Source: Chitinophagales bacterium
Lineage (GTDB): Bacteria > Bacteroidota > Bacteroidia > Chitinophagales > UBA10324
NCBI GenBank assembly: GCA_013816805.1
Contig: JACDDS010000004.1
Location: 38,051 to 102,050 of the forward strand
DNA length: 64,000 nt
Direction of reading: 5' to 3'
Positions within the stretch are counted from its first letter, which is position 1, and each line of letters starts with the position of its first letter. Under the pieces are notes generated by a model. It saw only the letters and a program-made list of their open reading frames with translations, searched no databases and was not told the DNA's origin. The position numbers were made by a program, and so were the translations under genes. Shown in pieces: positions 28,404 to 37,400 of this stretch.

Positions 28404-30515
28404 TTATGGATATTTTAGCTGAATAATTTTTTTAGAGAAGATTTTTCCATCCACTATCATCTTAATGAAATAAATCCCTTCACTATTTCCGCTGAATGGA
28501 TACTGATGCTCTCCAGCAACCTGGCTTTCATTTTGCAAAATCGTTTTAACTTTTTGTCCAAGGAAATTATAGACTTCGAGAGATATAATAGAACTTCCTT
28601 TGAGTGTGTAATGCGTTAAGGTTGCCTGCTGAAATGGATTGGGATAAATAGAAAAGTTGAAATTATCTCCTGCAATATCAGGAATACTGAGAATACTCTG
28701 AAGAGATCGTTGCCATATTCCCTGGCCCATAGTGGTTGCATAGATTTTCGTTTCCTGTATTTCAAGATGACGGACATCCGTTTCCGGTAGTCCTTCATTT
28801 ACAGAAATCCATGATGTTCCTTCATCAGCCGATAAAAACACTCCTGAATCCGTAGCTGCAAAAATGCTTGCTCCCGAAAATTTCATGTCGTAGACGTAAG
28901 TGAATACACCTTTCCCAATTTGATTCCATGAAGTGCCATGATCAGCGGAGCGAAAAGCCGCACTCGTGTAAGCATTAAAATAATTGGCATACAGTGCAGA
29001 GTCAGAGAGAAAGATTGAAAGAGGATCTTTGTAGAACAATTGACCTGAATCGGGCCGAGGGATTGAGAAAAATGTATTGCCATTATCAGGGGAAAAATAA
29101 AAAGAAGACCAGGTAAGAGCGTACAGTTCATTTTTTGAGAATACCACATCAGAAATGTAATTGACGGTATCCGCAACCAGGATGTTGTTCCAGGTTGTGC
29201 CATAGTCAGGAGAGTGATGCAGATAATGATCATAATAATCCTGAGAGGCAACATAAATATCAGGGCTGTCAATTGCAATTCCAGAAAAATTAAAGCCGGT
29301 GTTAGGAAGTGCAAGCCAGGATGAGGAAGATGGCGACCAGGCAAATAAATTATAGTAGTTACTTATAAAAAGATTATTTCCATCGGCTAGCAGTAGACCG
29401 TACCATGGGTCATATGACAAGGGTAAGCCATCATTTACCATACTCCAGGTTTCACCATCATCTTCCGACCTGAATACTCCCTGATCCTCATAATCTTCAG
29501 AAAACAAATTACCAGCACTTGAAACAAGTGCGTAACAATTGGTGGCAACTAAACCCACATTGGAGTAAGTCCAGTTAATACCATTATCATAAGAAACGGA
29601 TGCTCCGGCATAATCACCCATATAGAGGGTTGTTCCTGAAATCATGATTGCATTTACATGTGTTTCTGACGAGTAGAGGTAGTGTTGCCACGATACTCCA
29701 TTGTCAATAGAAATTTGAACGCCTGTAGACGAACCTGCTATAAAGGATGAGCCACTTTTTATTAGCACCGTTACGGGAAAATAGTTAGTATAGGTCCATA
29801 CACTCCAGGTCAAACCTTCGTCCTCTGATTTACGGATCGGTGCACCTCCAGACGGATATGCTGCATACAACACACCTGCATCTGATAACATGAGTTGCAT
29901 TCCTGCCTGCAGGTTTGCCTTCCAACTCCAGTTCACCCCATTATCATCAGAAACAAAAATTTCACCTATGGAAGTGCTTGCAAAAACTTTAGTGCCTGAA
30001 AGCAGTATTGAATTGATGCGTGAAGAAGAAGTTAAACCTGATTGGCAGATATTCCAGGTTGCGGCATTATCTGAAGAGTAATACATGCCGGAATCTGTTC
30101 CAACCAAAAGTATTGAGCCGGATTGAACCAACGTGTTCGCATGGAAATTTCCCAAGCCGTTGTTGCGTTCGATCCAGTTAATTCCCAAATCAGTTGAAAG
30201 ATAAATTCCCCCACCATAAGTGGCGGCTAACATTCCCTCTGGAAGAATAGCATTGATTTGATAACCATACAGCCCGCTGTTTTCTTTTGTCCACCCATTA
30301 CCGAATTCAGAAGTTCTGTAGATCTGACCTCCGGCAGTTCCAGCATAAATGGTAGTACCGATTTGTGCAAGCGCAGTTACACTTCCGCCCTGAGGTCCCT
30401 TAGTTTGCGTCCATTGCGCGGGCGCCAGTTGACTATAGAATACCAAAACGAAACTGAAGAGGATAGAAACTAATTTTAAAGACTTCAGGTATTGCTGCCG
30501 GTATACATTTTTCAT
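28404..30515 (-). CDS. BNR/Asp-box repeat beta-propeller protein with a T9SS sorting domain (paralog A)
   Basis: 703 aa with the same architecture as paralog B. The N-terminal ~170 aa and the C-terminal tail are nearly identical to paralog B. Only a 10-nt spacer separates the two genes. Confidence 0.8.
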   Translation of the reverse strand: MKNVYRQQYLKSLKLVSILFSFVLVFYSQLAPAQWTQTKGPQGGSVTALAQIGTTIYAGTAGGQIYRTSEFGNGWTKENSGLYGYQINAILPEGMLAATYGGGIYLSTDLGINWIERNNGLGNFHANTLVQSGSILLVGTDSGMYYSSDNAATWNICQSGLTSSSRINSILLSGTKVFASTSIGEIFVSDDNGVNWSWKANLQAGMQLMLSDAGVLYAAYPSGGAPIRKSEDEGLTWSVWTYTNYFPVTVLIKSGSSFIAGSSTGVQISIDNGVSWQHYLYSSETHVNAIMISGTTLYMGDYAGASVSYDNGINWTYSNVGLVATNCYALVSSAGNLFSEDYEDQGVFRSEDDGETWSMVNDGLPLSYDPWYGLLLADGNNLFISNYYNLFAWSPSSSSWLALPNTGFNFSGIAIDSPDIYVASQDYYDHYLHHSPDYGTTWNNILVADTVNYISDVVFSKNELYALTWSSFYFSPDNGNTFFSIPRPDSGQLFYKDPLSIFLSDSALYANYFNAYTSAAFRSADHGTSWNQIGKGVFTYVYDMKFSGASIFAATDSGVFLSADEGTSWISVNEGLPETDVRHLEIQETKIYATTMGQGIWQRSLQSILSIPDIAGDNFNFSIYPNPFQQATLTHYTLKGSSIISLEVYNFLGQKVKTILQNESQVAGEHQYPFSGNSEGIYFIKMIVDGKIFSKKIIQLKYP

Positions 30516-30682
30516 GCTTGGTTTATTTATATTTATTTAAATACTTTCTAAAATACTATTCATTACCATCATTGTGAGAGGTAATGCCTGCAGCGGGCGA
30601 AAATCGGATTTGGATAAACCGAGGGTCCCTACTTTCTTTTTCGTTGTTCATTGCTTATACAATCGTTATGCGGAGCCGAATA

Positions 30683-31333
30683 TTAAACCAATTTATGTTT
30701 CAGTGCTTTTGAAACTGCTTCAGTCATAGAATGGACGTGCAGTGTTTCATAAATTTTGCGAATGTAAAAGCGAACGCCGTCAATAGTAATATTCATTTCC
30801 GCCGCAATCATTTTATAGCTGAGCCCTTGGGTAAGTAATGAGAGCACTTGTTTTTCTTTTTCATTCAGCATGAATACTTCACCGGACTTGGGTGCTGAAT
30901 TTTTTTGAAACAAATTCAGCACTTTGCTTGCAATCACAGGTGTCATAGGCGCACCGCCGGCGATCACTTCATGAATGGCTTCAATTAATTTTGTGCCGGA
31001 AGTATTCTTAAGCAAATATCCTGAAGCGCCTGCACAAATGGATTGAAACACCATATCATCTTCATCGAAAATCGTTTGCATCAGAATTTTTACATCTGGA
31101 AAATTTTCCCGGATCATCTTAACACCTTCAATTCCATTAATGCCGGGCATGTGAATGTCCATCAGCACTACATCGGGTGTGGCGAGATTAAGTTCTTTGA
31201 TCAGGTTATTGCAATCCGGATATGCACCGTATAATTCAAAACCGGGTGAGCGTTCAATAAGCTGAGACAAACCATTGCGTAAAGATTTATTGTCTTCGAA
31301 GATTGATACTTTAATCACCACATGTCCATTCAT
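30683..31333 (-). CDS. response regulator transcription factor (REC + LuxR/NarL-type HTH)
   Basis: 216 aa. The receiver domain has the phospho-acceptor context DVVLMDIHMPGING. The C-terminal HTH reads LNEKEKQVLSLLTQGLSYKMIAAEMNITIDGVRFYIRKIY. Confidence 0.9.
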   Translation of the reverse strand: MNGHVVIKVSIFEDNKSLRNGLSQLIERSPGFELYGAYPDCNNLIKELNLATPDVVLMDIHMPGINGIEGVKMIRENFPDVKILMQTIFDEDDMVFQSICAGASGYLLKNTSGTKLIEAIHEVIAGGAPMTPVIASKVLNLFQKNSAPKSGEVFMLNEKEKQVLSLLTQGLSYKMIAAEMNITIDGVRFYIRKIYETLHVHSMTEAVSKALKHKLV

Positions 31334-31391
31334 CTCAAGTTATTCTAAGTTGCAAAATTCTACTATCGATTTTCATCTATCAAGTACATAT

Positions 31392-31990
31392 TCATGTAGC
31401 AGGAAAAAAAAGATGAATAGTTGTTCCTTTTCCTTCCGCTGATTGAATGCTAATATCCCCCTTCATTTCTTCACTGCGTCTTCTCATGCTCAACAATCCA
31501 TATCCAGGGGTGTAATCATTCAAATCAAAGCCCTCGCCATCATCTTCAATTTTCATTTTCAGCATTTTTCCTTCAAGCCTCAATTTAATTGTGCAAGTCT
31601 TAGATGAAGAATATTTTGCTACGTTGTTTACTGCTTCCTTAAAGATGAGATACAGATTTTTTCTGTTTTCCATCGACAACTTCAATCCCGGCAGAGAAGA
31701 GGAGGCATCAAACTTTAAATCAATATTTTTTGCCTCGAGAATTCCTGATGCAAACGTGCGCATGCGTTGGAGTATGTTTTCAAAGCGATCATTCTTTGGG
31801 TTGATTGCCCACACCACATCACTCATTGATTCGATGGTGCCCCGAGCATTCTCATTGATGGTATAAAGCAGCGATGATGCTTTCGGAGATTTCTCTTTCA
31901 CTTCTTCATTCACGAGTTCGCTATAGATGGCAATGCTGCTAAGCATGCTGCCAACATCATCATGCAGATCACCGGCAATTTTATTTCTAA
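31392..31990 (-). repeat. transmitter-module repeat, copy 1 of 3 (~600 nt)
   Basis: Long nucleotide identity with 33437-34040 and 36799-37400. For example, the segment near 31601-31670 is identical to the HK3 copy. Confidence 0.8.
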
Positions 31991-32567
31991 TCATTTGCAA
32001 TTTCAAGGTTTGCCTTAGGCGCAAGCGATTGATGAAAAGAAATGCTATAAAGAGGAACAGGGCGAAACCGGTTATAAGAACATTTTTGATAATTCGTTGT
32101 ACCCAGACTTGCTCTGTGTGAAGCTCGTTATCTCTATTAAGCAGAGAAATTTGAGCATCTTTCTTTTCACTTTCATATTGCTCTTTCATTTGGGCAGTTA
32201 GCTTGCTGCTTTCTTCATTTAGCAACGTGTCTTTCATATCAGAATACAACTGGTGATACTCGTAAGCTTTTTTGTAGTCATTCGCCCCTGCAGACGCCTC
32301 TGCCAAACCTGCATATGCTTCTTTAATATCATTTCTACCTCCGATTTCTTTTGAAACTGAGAGTGCATCCTCTAAATACTTTCTTGCCTCTGGAAATTTT
32401 TTAAGTTTAATATTAACTAACCCGAGACTGATGTAGGAATTAGCAATCCCCTCCTTGTCTCCGATTTCTTCTCTTATTTTCAAAGAAGCAAAATAATTTT
32501 TCACCCCCTCGGGATAGTTTTCTTGCTCAGAATAAACATTTCCGATATTAACATAATCGATAGCCAT
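31392..32567 (-). CDS. sensor histidine kinase, C-terminal fragment of a frameshifted TPR-input kinase (TPR, coiled coil, TM, HisKA_3-like DHp, HATPase_c)
   Basis: 391 aa with IRNKIAGDLHDDVGSMLSSI (H-box), KEAVNNVAKYS (N-box), IEDDGEGF and GYGLLSMRRR. It begins in the middle of a TPR unit. Confidence 0.8.
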   Translation of the reverse strand: MAIDYVNIGNVYSEQENYPEGVKNYFASLKIREEIGDKEGIANSYISLGLVNIKLKKFPEARKYLEDALSVSKEIGGRNDIKEAYAGLAEASAGANDYKKAYEYHQLYSDMKDTLLNEESSKLTAQMKEQYESEKKDAQISLLNRDNELHTEQVWVQRIIKNVLITGFALFLFIAFLFINRLRLRQTLKLQMIRNKIAGDLHDDVGSMLSSIAIYSELVNEEVKEKSPKASSLLYTINENARGTIESMSDVVWAINPKNDRFENILQRMRTFASGILEAKNIDLKFDASSSLPGLKLSMENRKNLYLIFKEAVNNVAKYSSSKTCTIKLRLEGKMLKMKIEDDGEGFDLNDYTPGYGLLSMRRRSEEMKGDISIQSAEGKGTTIHLFFPAT

Positions 32568-33060
32568 TCCCTTCTTGTCCTTATTTCTTCTTTTATTTTC
32601 AAAGAAGCAAAATAATTTTGCAGTGCTTCAGGATAGTTGCCTTGTTTTCTATGAGCAATTCCGATATTACCGTAAGAAGCAGCGATCCCGATTTTGTCTC
32701 CAATTTCTTCAGAAACTTTTAGGCAAGCAGAGTAATTATTTAGTGCTTCGGAAGTATTGCCCTGCTCGTAATAAATAAACCCGATGTTATTGTAATTATT
32801 TGCAAGTCCGTTTTTGTTTCCGATTTCTTCATCTATTTTCAAGGAGGTAAAATAATTTTTCAATGCCTCCGGATAGTTGCCTTGATAATCATATATAATG
32901 CCGATGTTGCCATAACAAGTAGCGATTCTTTTTTTGTCTCCGATTTCTTCACTTATTTGCAGGGAAGCAAAATAATTTTTTAATGATTCCGGATAGTTAC
33001 CTTGATCGGCATAAATAACTCCAATGACGTTATGAGCGTCGGCTTCGCCAATTCTAAAAG
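32341..33060 (-). repeat. intragenic 120-nt tandem repeat array (TPR units)
   Basis: The motif (C/T)(G/A/T)ATTTCTT(C/T) recurs at 32342, 32462, 32581, 32701, 32821 and 32941. The spacings are 120, 119, 120, 120 and 120 nt. Confidence 0.8.
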
Positions 33061-33283
33061 TTATTTTTTCAGAGAGGGCTAAAGCATTGTTACCATATTT
33101 CTTTGCCTGAGCGTAGTCTCCCATTTTCCAAAATTTACGAGCCAGAGCGTTTAATATCTTTACTTTGCTCGTGTCTTCAGTTGCTGTTTCCAACACTTGC
33201 TTGAGCGAATCAATTTTACTCTGTTGGGCCATCCCCGAAAATGATGCAACACAAATGCTGATGATCAAAAAAAATTTATTCAT
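32501..33283 (-). CDS. signal peptide + TPR repeat fragment; N-terminal part of the frameshifted TPR-input kinase
   Basis: 260 aa. MNKFFLIISICVASFSGMAQ is followed by repeated GNYPEALKNYFASLKIxEEIGDK units. The last 17 codons are out of register with the repeat consensus. Confidence 0.75.
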   Translation of the reverse strand: MNKFFLIISICVASFSGMAQQSKIDSLKQVLETATEDTSKVKILNALARKFWKMGDYAQAKKYGNNALALSEKITFRIGEADAHNVIGVIYADQGNYPESLKNYFASLQISEEIGDKKRIATCYGNIGIIYDYQGNYPEALKNYFTSLKIDEEIGNKNGLANNYNNIGFIYYEQGNTSEALNNYSACLKVSEEIGDKIGIAASYGNIGIAHRKQGNYPEALQNYFASLKIKEEIRTRREWLSIMLISEMFILSKKTIPRG

Positions 33284-33404
33284 TGCGTAAAAGTTTTCTC
33301 TTTTAAAACAGATTGTCTAACAGGAAATATGCAGAAATAAATTTAGAAACTCAAATGAGTAGATTACCAAACCTGTGCACATCCACGGCAACGGCTATAA
33401 AGGA

Positions 33405-33429
33405 CTTTCCTAAATTCTTATTAGGAAAG
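33405..33429 (-). terminator. hairpin directly after the second kinase gene
   Basis: CTTTCCTAA/TTAGGAAAG forms a perfect 9-bp stem with a 7-nt loop, 7 nt below the stop at 33437. The downstream tract on the minus strand (TCCTTTAT) is only moderately U-rich. Confidence 0.4.
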
Positions 33430-33436
33430 TTCATAA

Positions 33437-34040
33437 TCATGTAGCGGAACATGAAAGATGAATTGTAGTTCCTTTTCCTTTTATTGACTGGATGTTGAGG
33501 TCACCCTTCATCTCCTCGCTGCGCCTTTTCATGCTCACCAATCCATTGCCTGCGGCGTAATCATTCAGATCGAAGCCTATTCCATCATCTTCAATTTTGA
33601 TGTTAAGTATTTTTCCTTCAAGCCACAATTTAATTGTGCAAGTCTTAGATGAAGAATATTTTGCAATGTTGTTTACAGCTTCCTTAAAGACGAGGTACAG
33701 ATTTTTTCTTTTTTCCATTGACAATTTCAAACCCGGCAGGGAAGGGGAGGCATCAAACTTTAGATCAATATTCTTTGCCTCGAGAATCCCTGATGCAAAG
33801 GTTCGCATGCGCTGAAGAATATTTTCGAAGCGGTCGTTCTTCGGGTTGATTGCCCATACGATGTCGCTCATTGCTTCGATGGTTGTGCGCGAATTCTCAT
33901 TGATGGTTTCGAGAAGTGAGGAAGCTTTTTTGGATTTATCTTTTACTTCTTCATTCGCCAATTCACTGTAAATGACGATGCTGCTGAGTGTGCTGCCGAT
34001 ATCGTCGTGAAGGTCGCTGGCGATTTTGTTTCTCACGTGT
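33437..34040 (-). repeat. transmitter-module repeat, copy 2 of 3
   Basis: See copies 1 and 3. A stretch of more than 90 nt around 33700-33800 differs from the HK3 copy at a single position. Confidence 0.8.
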
Positions 34041-36589
34041 TGTAGTTTCAAAATCTGCTGGAGGCGGTAATAATAAATCCCATAAAGCATTCCACAGAAA
34101 AGAATCAGGCATAGTGTATAAAACCACCATGTTCTCCAAAATGGGGGAAAAATAAAAATGTGCTCGGTAGCGCCGTCAATATTCCATACGCCATCATGAT
34201 TTGTACCGATAACATGCAATGTGTAGTTACCGGGGTTTAGATTCGTATAGTTGGCAAAGGTTCTGTTGCCACAGAAGTTCCAATTCTTGTCTAAGCCATC
34301 GAGTTTATAGGCGTATTGATATCTTTCAGGAGATATGTAATCCAGTGATGCAAAATTAAAGGAGACAAAATTTTGTTGGTAATTCAAATCAATCTGTCGT
34401 TTGTAGCTGATGGATGTATCGGAGGCGTAATCTTTCCCGAATATTTTGAAATCGGAAAGAATAATGGGAGATGGATGAAAGCTGATTGGGAATGAATTCG
34501 GATCAAACATCATTAAGCCCTTTTCATAGACAAAATAGATCCATCCGTCACTGTCCATAAGAGAAGCACCTGTTATTTCATTTCCCGGGCAGCCATTTTT
34601 TATATTAAAAACCTGAATGAAATTTTTGTTTGACGGAAATGATGTGTAAGCATTTTCCTGATATGAAGCATACAAGGAATCGGTGATGATTCTGCATAAG
34701 CCGGCATTGGTTTCCACCCATAGATTTCCATTTTTATCAGCAATCACGTCATGCACGTAGTCGCCAGGTAAACCATCTTCTTTACTGATTAGAAAATTTT
34801 TTTTTCCTTCTTTGGGAAGCCCGATGAGACCTTTGGTATAACCGCCGATCCAAAGGATACGATGAGAATCCTCTGAATGCCCGCTCAAAAATAAAAGTTG
34901 ATGAGAAAATTGTTCAGTGTGTTGGGGAAATAAATTAATCAGTTCATCGGTTTCCCAGTTGTAGGTATACACTCCGCTTTGATCATCGAAGCACAATAGC
35001 CCCTCAGCATTTTCATAAAAATGACTGACGTCGGAATTGTTGAAGATTTTTAAAGACGATGAATCATTATGATAACGGCTGAATTTTCCTGTGATGTAAT
35101 CAAAGGTTTTAATTCCTTTTAAGCCAATGCTTATCCAAATTGTTCCCTGATTATCTTCGTATGCATTAGCAATATCGTTGTCCTCAGATAGGGTGAGATC
35201 AAATGGGGCAGGTAAATATGACTTTATTTTTTTTGACAAAGGGTCAAAAAATATCAACCCTTTACCGCGTGTCGCAACCATCAAGTCATCATCTCTAATT
35301 TCCTGAATCGAATTAATTTGCAACCCTTGCAGAACAGAAGCAACAGCGGGATCTTTAGTATAATTGATGAATGATCCCGTATATTTATTCAGAGAAATCA
35401 AGCTTCCCTCTTCAGTACCAATCAGGATATTTTTCTTTTTATCCTGTCCAAAACAAACAATGGACTCATCGGGCAGCGAATATTTATCGGTTGAGCTATA
35501 ATTAAAAGTGAAAAAATTCTCACAATTGAGATTTACGATGTTTATTCCAGCATTGTATGTACCGATCCAAAGCTGGCTTTTAGAATGGTTTGTAAAAATG
35601 CACGTTATGTAATTATCGCTGATAGAGTAATTATCATTCTCATTACTGTTATACCAATGTACTTTACCGGTTTTTTCATTGAAGAGCGAAAGCCCGGCTC
35701 CGAGTGAACCAAGCCAAAACAATTTCTTATCGTCCTGGAAAATACAATTTATTAAATTTTCATTCTGCGAAGTGCTATCTTCAAAAGATTTTGAATAACA
35801 GGTAAATATACCCGTCTCCTTATTATAAGAATCGAGGCCGCCACCTAAGCCTCCTGTCCATAAAACGCCGGAGTCGTCCTCGAAAAGTGCCTGTACCCAA
35901 CCATGATGAGCACCATTTGGGTCAGTTGCCTTATAAGGATGGTAAGTAAAATTTTTGTTGAGAAGGTCAAATGAGTAAAGTCCACCACCAAGTGTACCTA
36001 TCCAGACTGTTTTATTTTTGTCTTTGCAGAAACATTTTACATAATTTGCTCGTGCGTGCGCATTCTTCGGGTCGAGAACATAACATTTAAACTGTTTTGT
36101 GGATGGATCAAATATATTAAGTCCACCGCCATTCGTGCCAATCCAAATTTTTCCTTCATGATCTCCCATCAGACAAAGCAGCTTGTTGCTGGAGACAGAA
36201 TTAGGATTTAATGAATCATGAATATAATGAGTGAATTTTTCAGACACCAAATCCAGCATATCCAGTCCGCCGCCATCTGTTCCAATCCATAAGTGATTAT
36301 GATGATCAGAATATAAACAACGAATTGCTCCCGAAGTCAAGGAGTTTACAGAATCCTCATGCTTGAAAATTTTGAAATGCTGCCCGTCATAACGGTTCAA
36401 TCCATTTTGCGTTCCAACCCACATGAATCCCAAACTGTCCTGCGTGATGCAATAGACGCTGTTTTGAGATAGACCATCTTCAGTGGTAAGATGTTGGAAG
36501 TTAAGATTAAAATTTTGAGAATAAAGAGGAGGAGTGATTAAGAAATAAAAAAGAAGTTCAAATAGCAATATTTTTTTCAAAATTGTCAT
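33437..36589 (-). CDS. sensor histidine kinase with a periplasmic two-component-regulator propeller + Y_Y_Y input domain (non-hybrid)
   Basis: 1050 aa. After the signal sequence come many Reg_prop-like units (GLSQNSVYCITQDSLGFMWVGTQNGLNRYDG, WIGTDGGGLD, WIGTNGGGLN ...). A Y_Y_Y region follows (YQYAYKLDGLDKNW...YTLHVIGTN), then a TM segment and the shared transmitter module. Confidence 0.85.
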   Translation of the reverse strand: MTILKKILLFELLFYFLITPPLYSQNFNLNFQHLTTEDGLSQNSVYCITQDSLGFMWVGTQNGLNRYDGQHFKIFKHEDSVNSLTSGAIRCLYSDHHNHLWIGTDGGGLDMLDLVSEKFTHYIHDSLNPNSVSSNKLLCLMGDHEGKIWIGTNGGGLNIFDPSTKQFKCYVLDPKNAHARANYVKCFCKDKNKTVWIGTLGGGLYSFDLLNKNFTYHPYKATDPNGAHHGWVQALFEDDSGVLWTGGLGGGLDSYNKETGIFTCYSKSFEDSTSQNENLINCIFQDDKKLFWLGSLGAGLSLFNEKTGKVHWYNSNENDNYSISDNYITCIFTNHSKSQLWIGTYNAGINIVNLNCENFFTFNYSSTDKYSLPDESIVCFGQDKKKNILIGTEEGSLISLNKYTGSFINYTKDPAVASVLQGLQINSIQEIRDDDLMVATRGKGLIFFDPLSKKIKSYLPAPFDLTLSEDNDIANAYEDNQGTIWISIGLKGIKTFDYITGKFSRYHNDSSSLKIFNNSDVSHFYENAEGLLCFDDQSGVYTYNWETDELINLFPQHTEQFSHQLLFLSGHSEDSHRILWIGGYTKGLIGLPKEGKKNFLISKEDGLPGDYVHDVIADKNGNLWVETNAGLCRIITDSLYASYQENAYTSFPSNKNFIQVFNIKNGCPGNEITGASLMDSDGWIYFVYEKGLMMFDPNSFPISFHPSPIILSDFKIFGKDYASDTSISYKRQIDLNYQQNFVSFNFASLDYISPERYQYAYKLDGLDKNWNFCGNRTFANYTNLNPGNYTLHVIGTNHDGVWNIDGATEHIFIFPPFWRTWWFYTLCLILFCGMLYGIYYYRLQQILKLQHVRNKIASDLHDDIGSTLSSIVIYSELANEEVKDKSKKASSLLETINENSRTTIEAMSDIVWAINPKNDRFENILQRMRTFASGILEAKNIDLKFDASPSLPGLKLSMEKRKNLYLVFKEAVNNIAKYSSSKTCTIKLWLEGKILNIKIEDDGIGFDLNDYAAGNGLVSMKRRSEEMKGDLNIQSIKGKGTTIHLSCSAT

Positions 36590-36798
36590 GCAATTGAGAA
36601 TAAATTATAATTTATTTCAGGAAAGGGAAGAAGTAAATGTATTAAACAGGAAACCAATTCTGGCAAGTTAGCATTCCAGTTCCCTTCATCACGCAAGTCT
36701 GTGCCAATTTTCTTTCGTTTCCCTGTGAAGCTAGCAATCCGCATATGATCCCTTAAATATATGATACCCAAGCGAGAGAGAATGCTGCAAGTGCGTAA

Positions 36799-37400
36799 TC
36801 ATGTAGTTGAAAATGAAAGATGTATCGCTGTTCCCTTTTCTTTGATTGAGCTAATGTCGAGATTACCCTGCATTTCCTCGCTTCTCCTTTTCATGTTCGC
36901 CAATCCATTGCCTGCGGCGTAATCATTCAAATCGAAGCCCGTTCCATCATCTTCAATTTGCATGTTGAGTATTTTTCCTTCAAGCCACAATTTAATTGTA
37001 CAAGTCTTAGATGAAGAATATTTTGCTACGTTGTTTACTGCTTCCTTAAAGATGAGATACAGATTTTTTCTTTTTTCCATTGACAATTTCAAACCCGGCA
37101 GGGAAGGGGAGGCATCAAACTTTAGATCAATATTTTTTGCCTCGAGAATCCCTGATGCAAAAGTGCGCATGCGCTGAAGTATATTTTCAAAGCGATCGTT
37201 ATTTGGATTAATTGCCCAGACAATATCGCTCATGGATTCCATAGTGGTTCTAGCGTTTTCATTGATGGACATAAGAAGCCCTGTGGTGCGCCCCGATTTA
37301 TCTTTCATCTCTTCATTCGCCAGTTCACTGAAGATTGCAATGCTGCTGAGCGTGCTGCCGATATCATCATGAAGGTCGCCTGCAATTTTATTCCTGAGCT
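36799..37400 (-). repeat. transmitter-module repeat, copy 3 of 3
   Basis: See copies 1 and 2. Confidence 0.8.

Noticed and set aside
36586-36771. A 61-aa ORF in the spacer between the two propeller kinases.
   Set aside because: I recognise no similarity to anything. Its stop overlaps the next gene start by chance. The region is more plausibly the promoter and 5' UTR of the second kinase.
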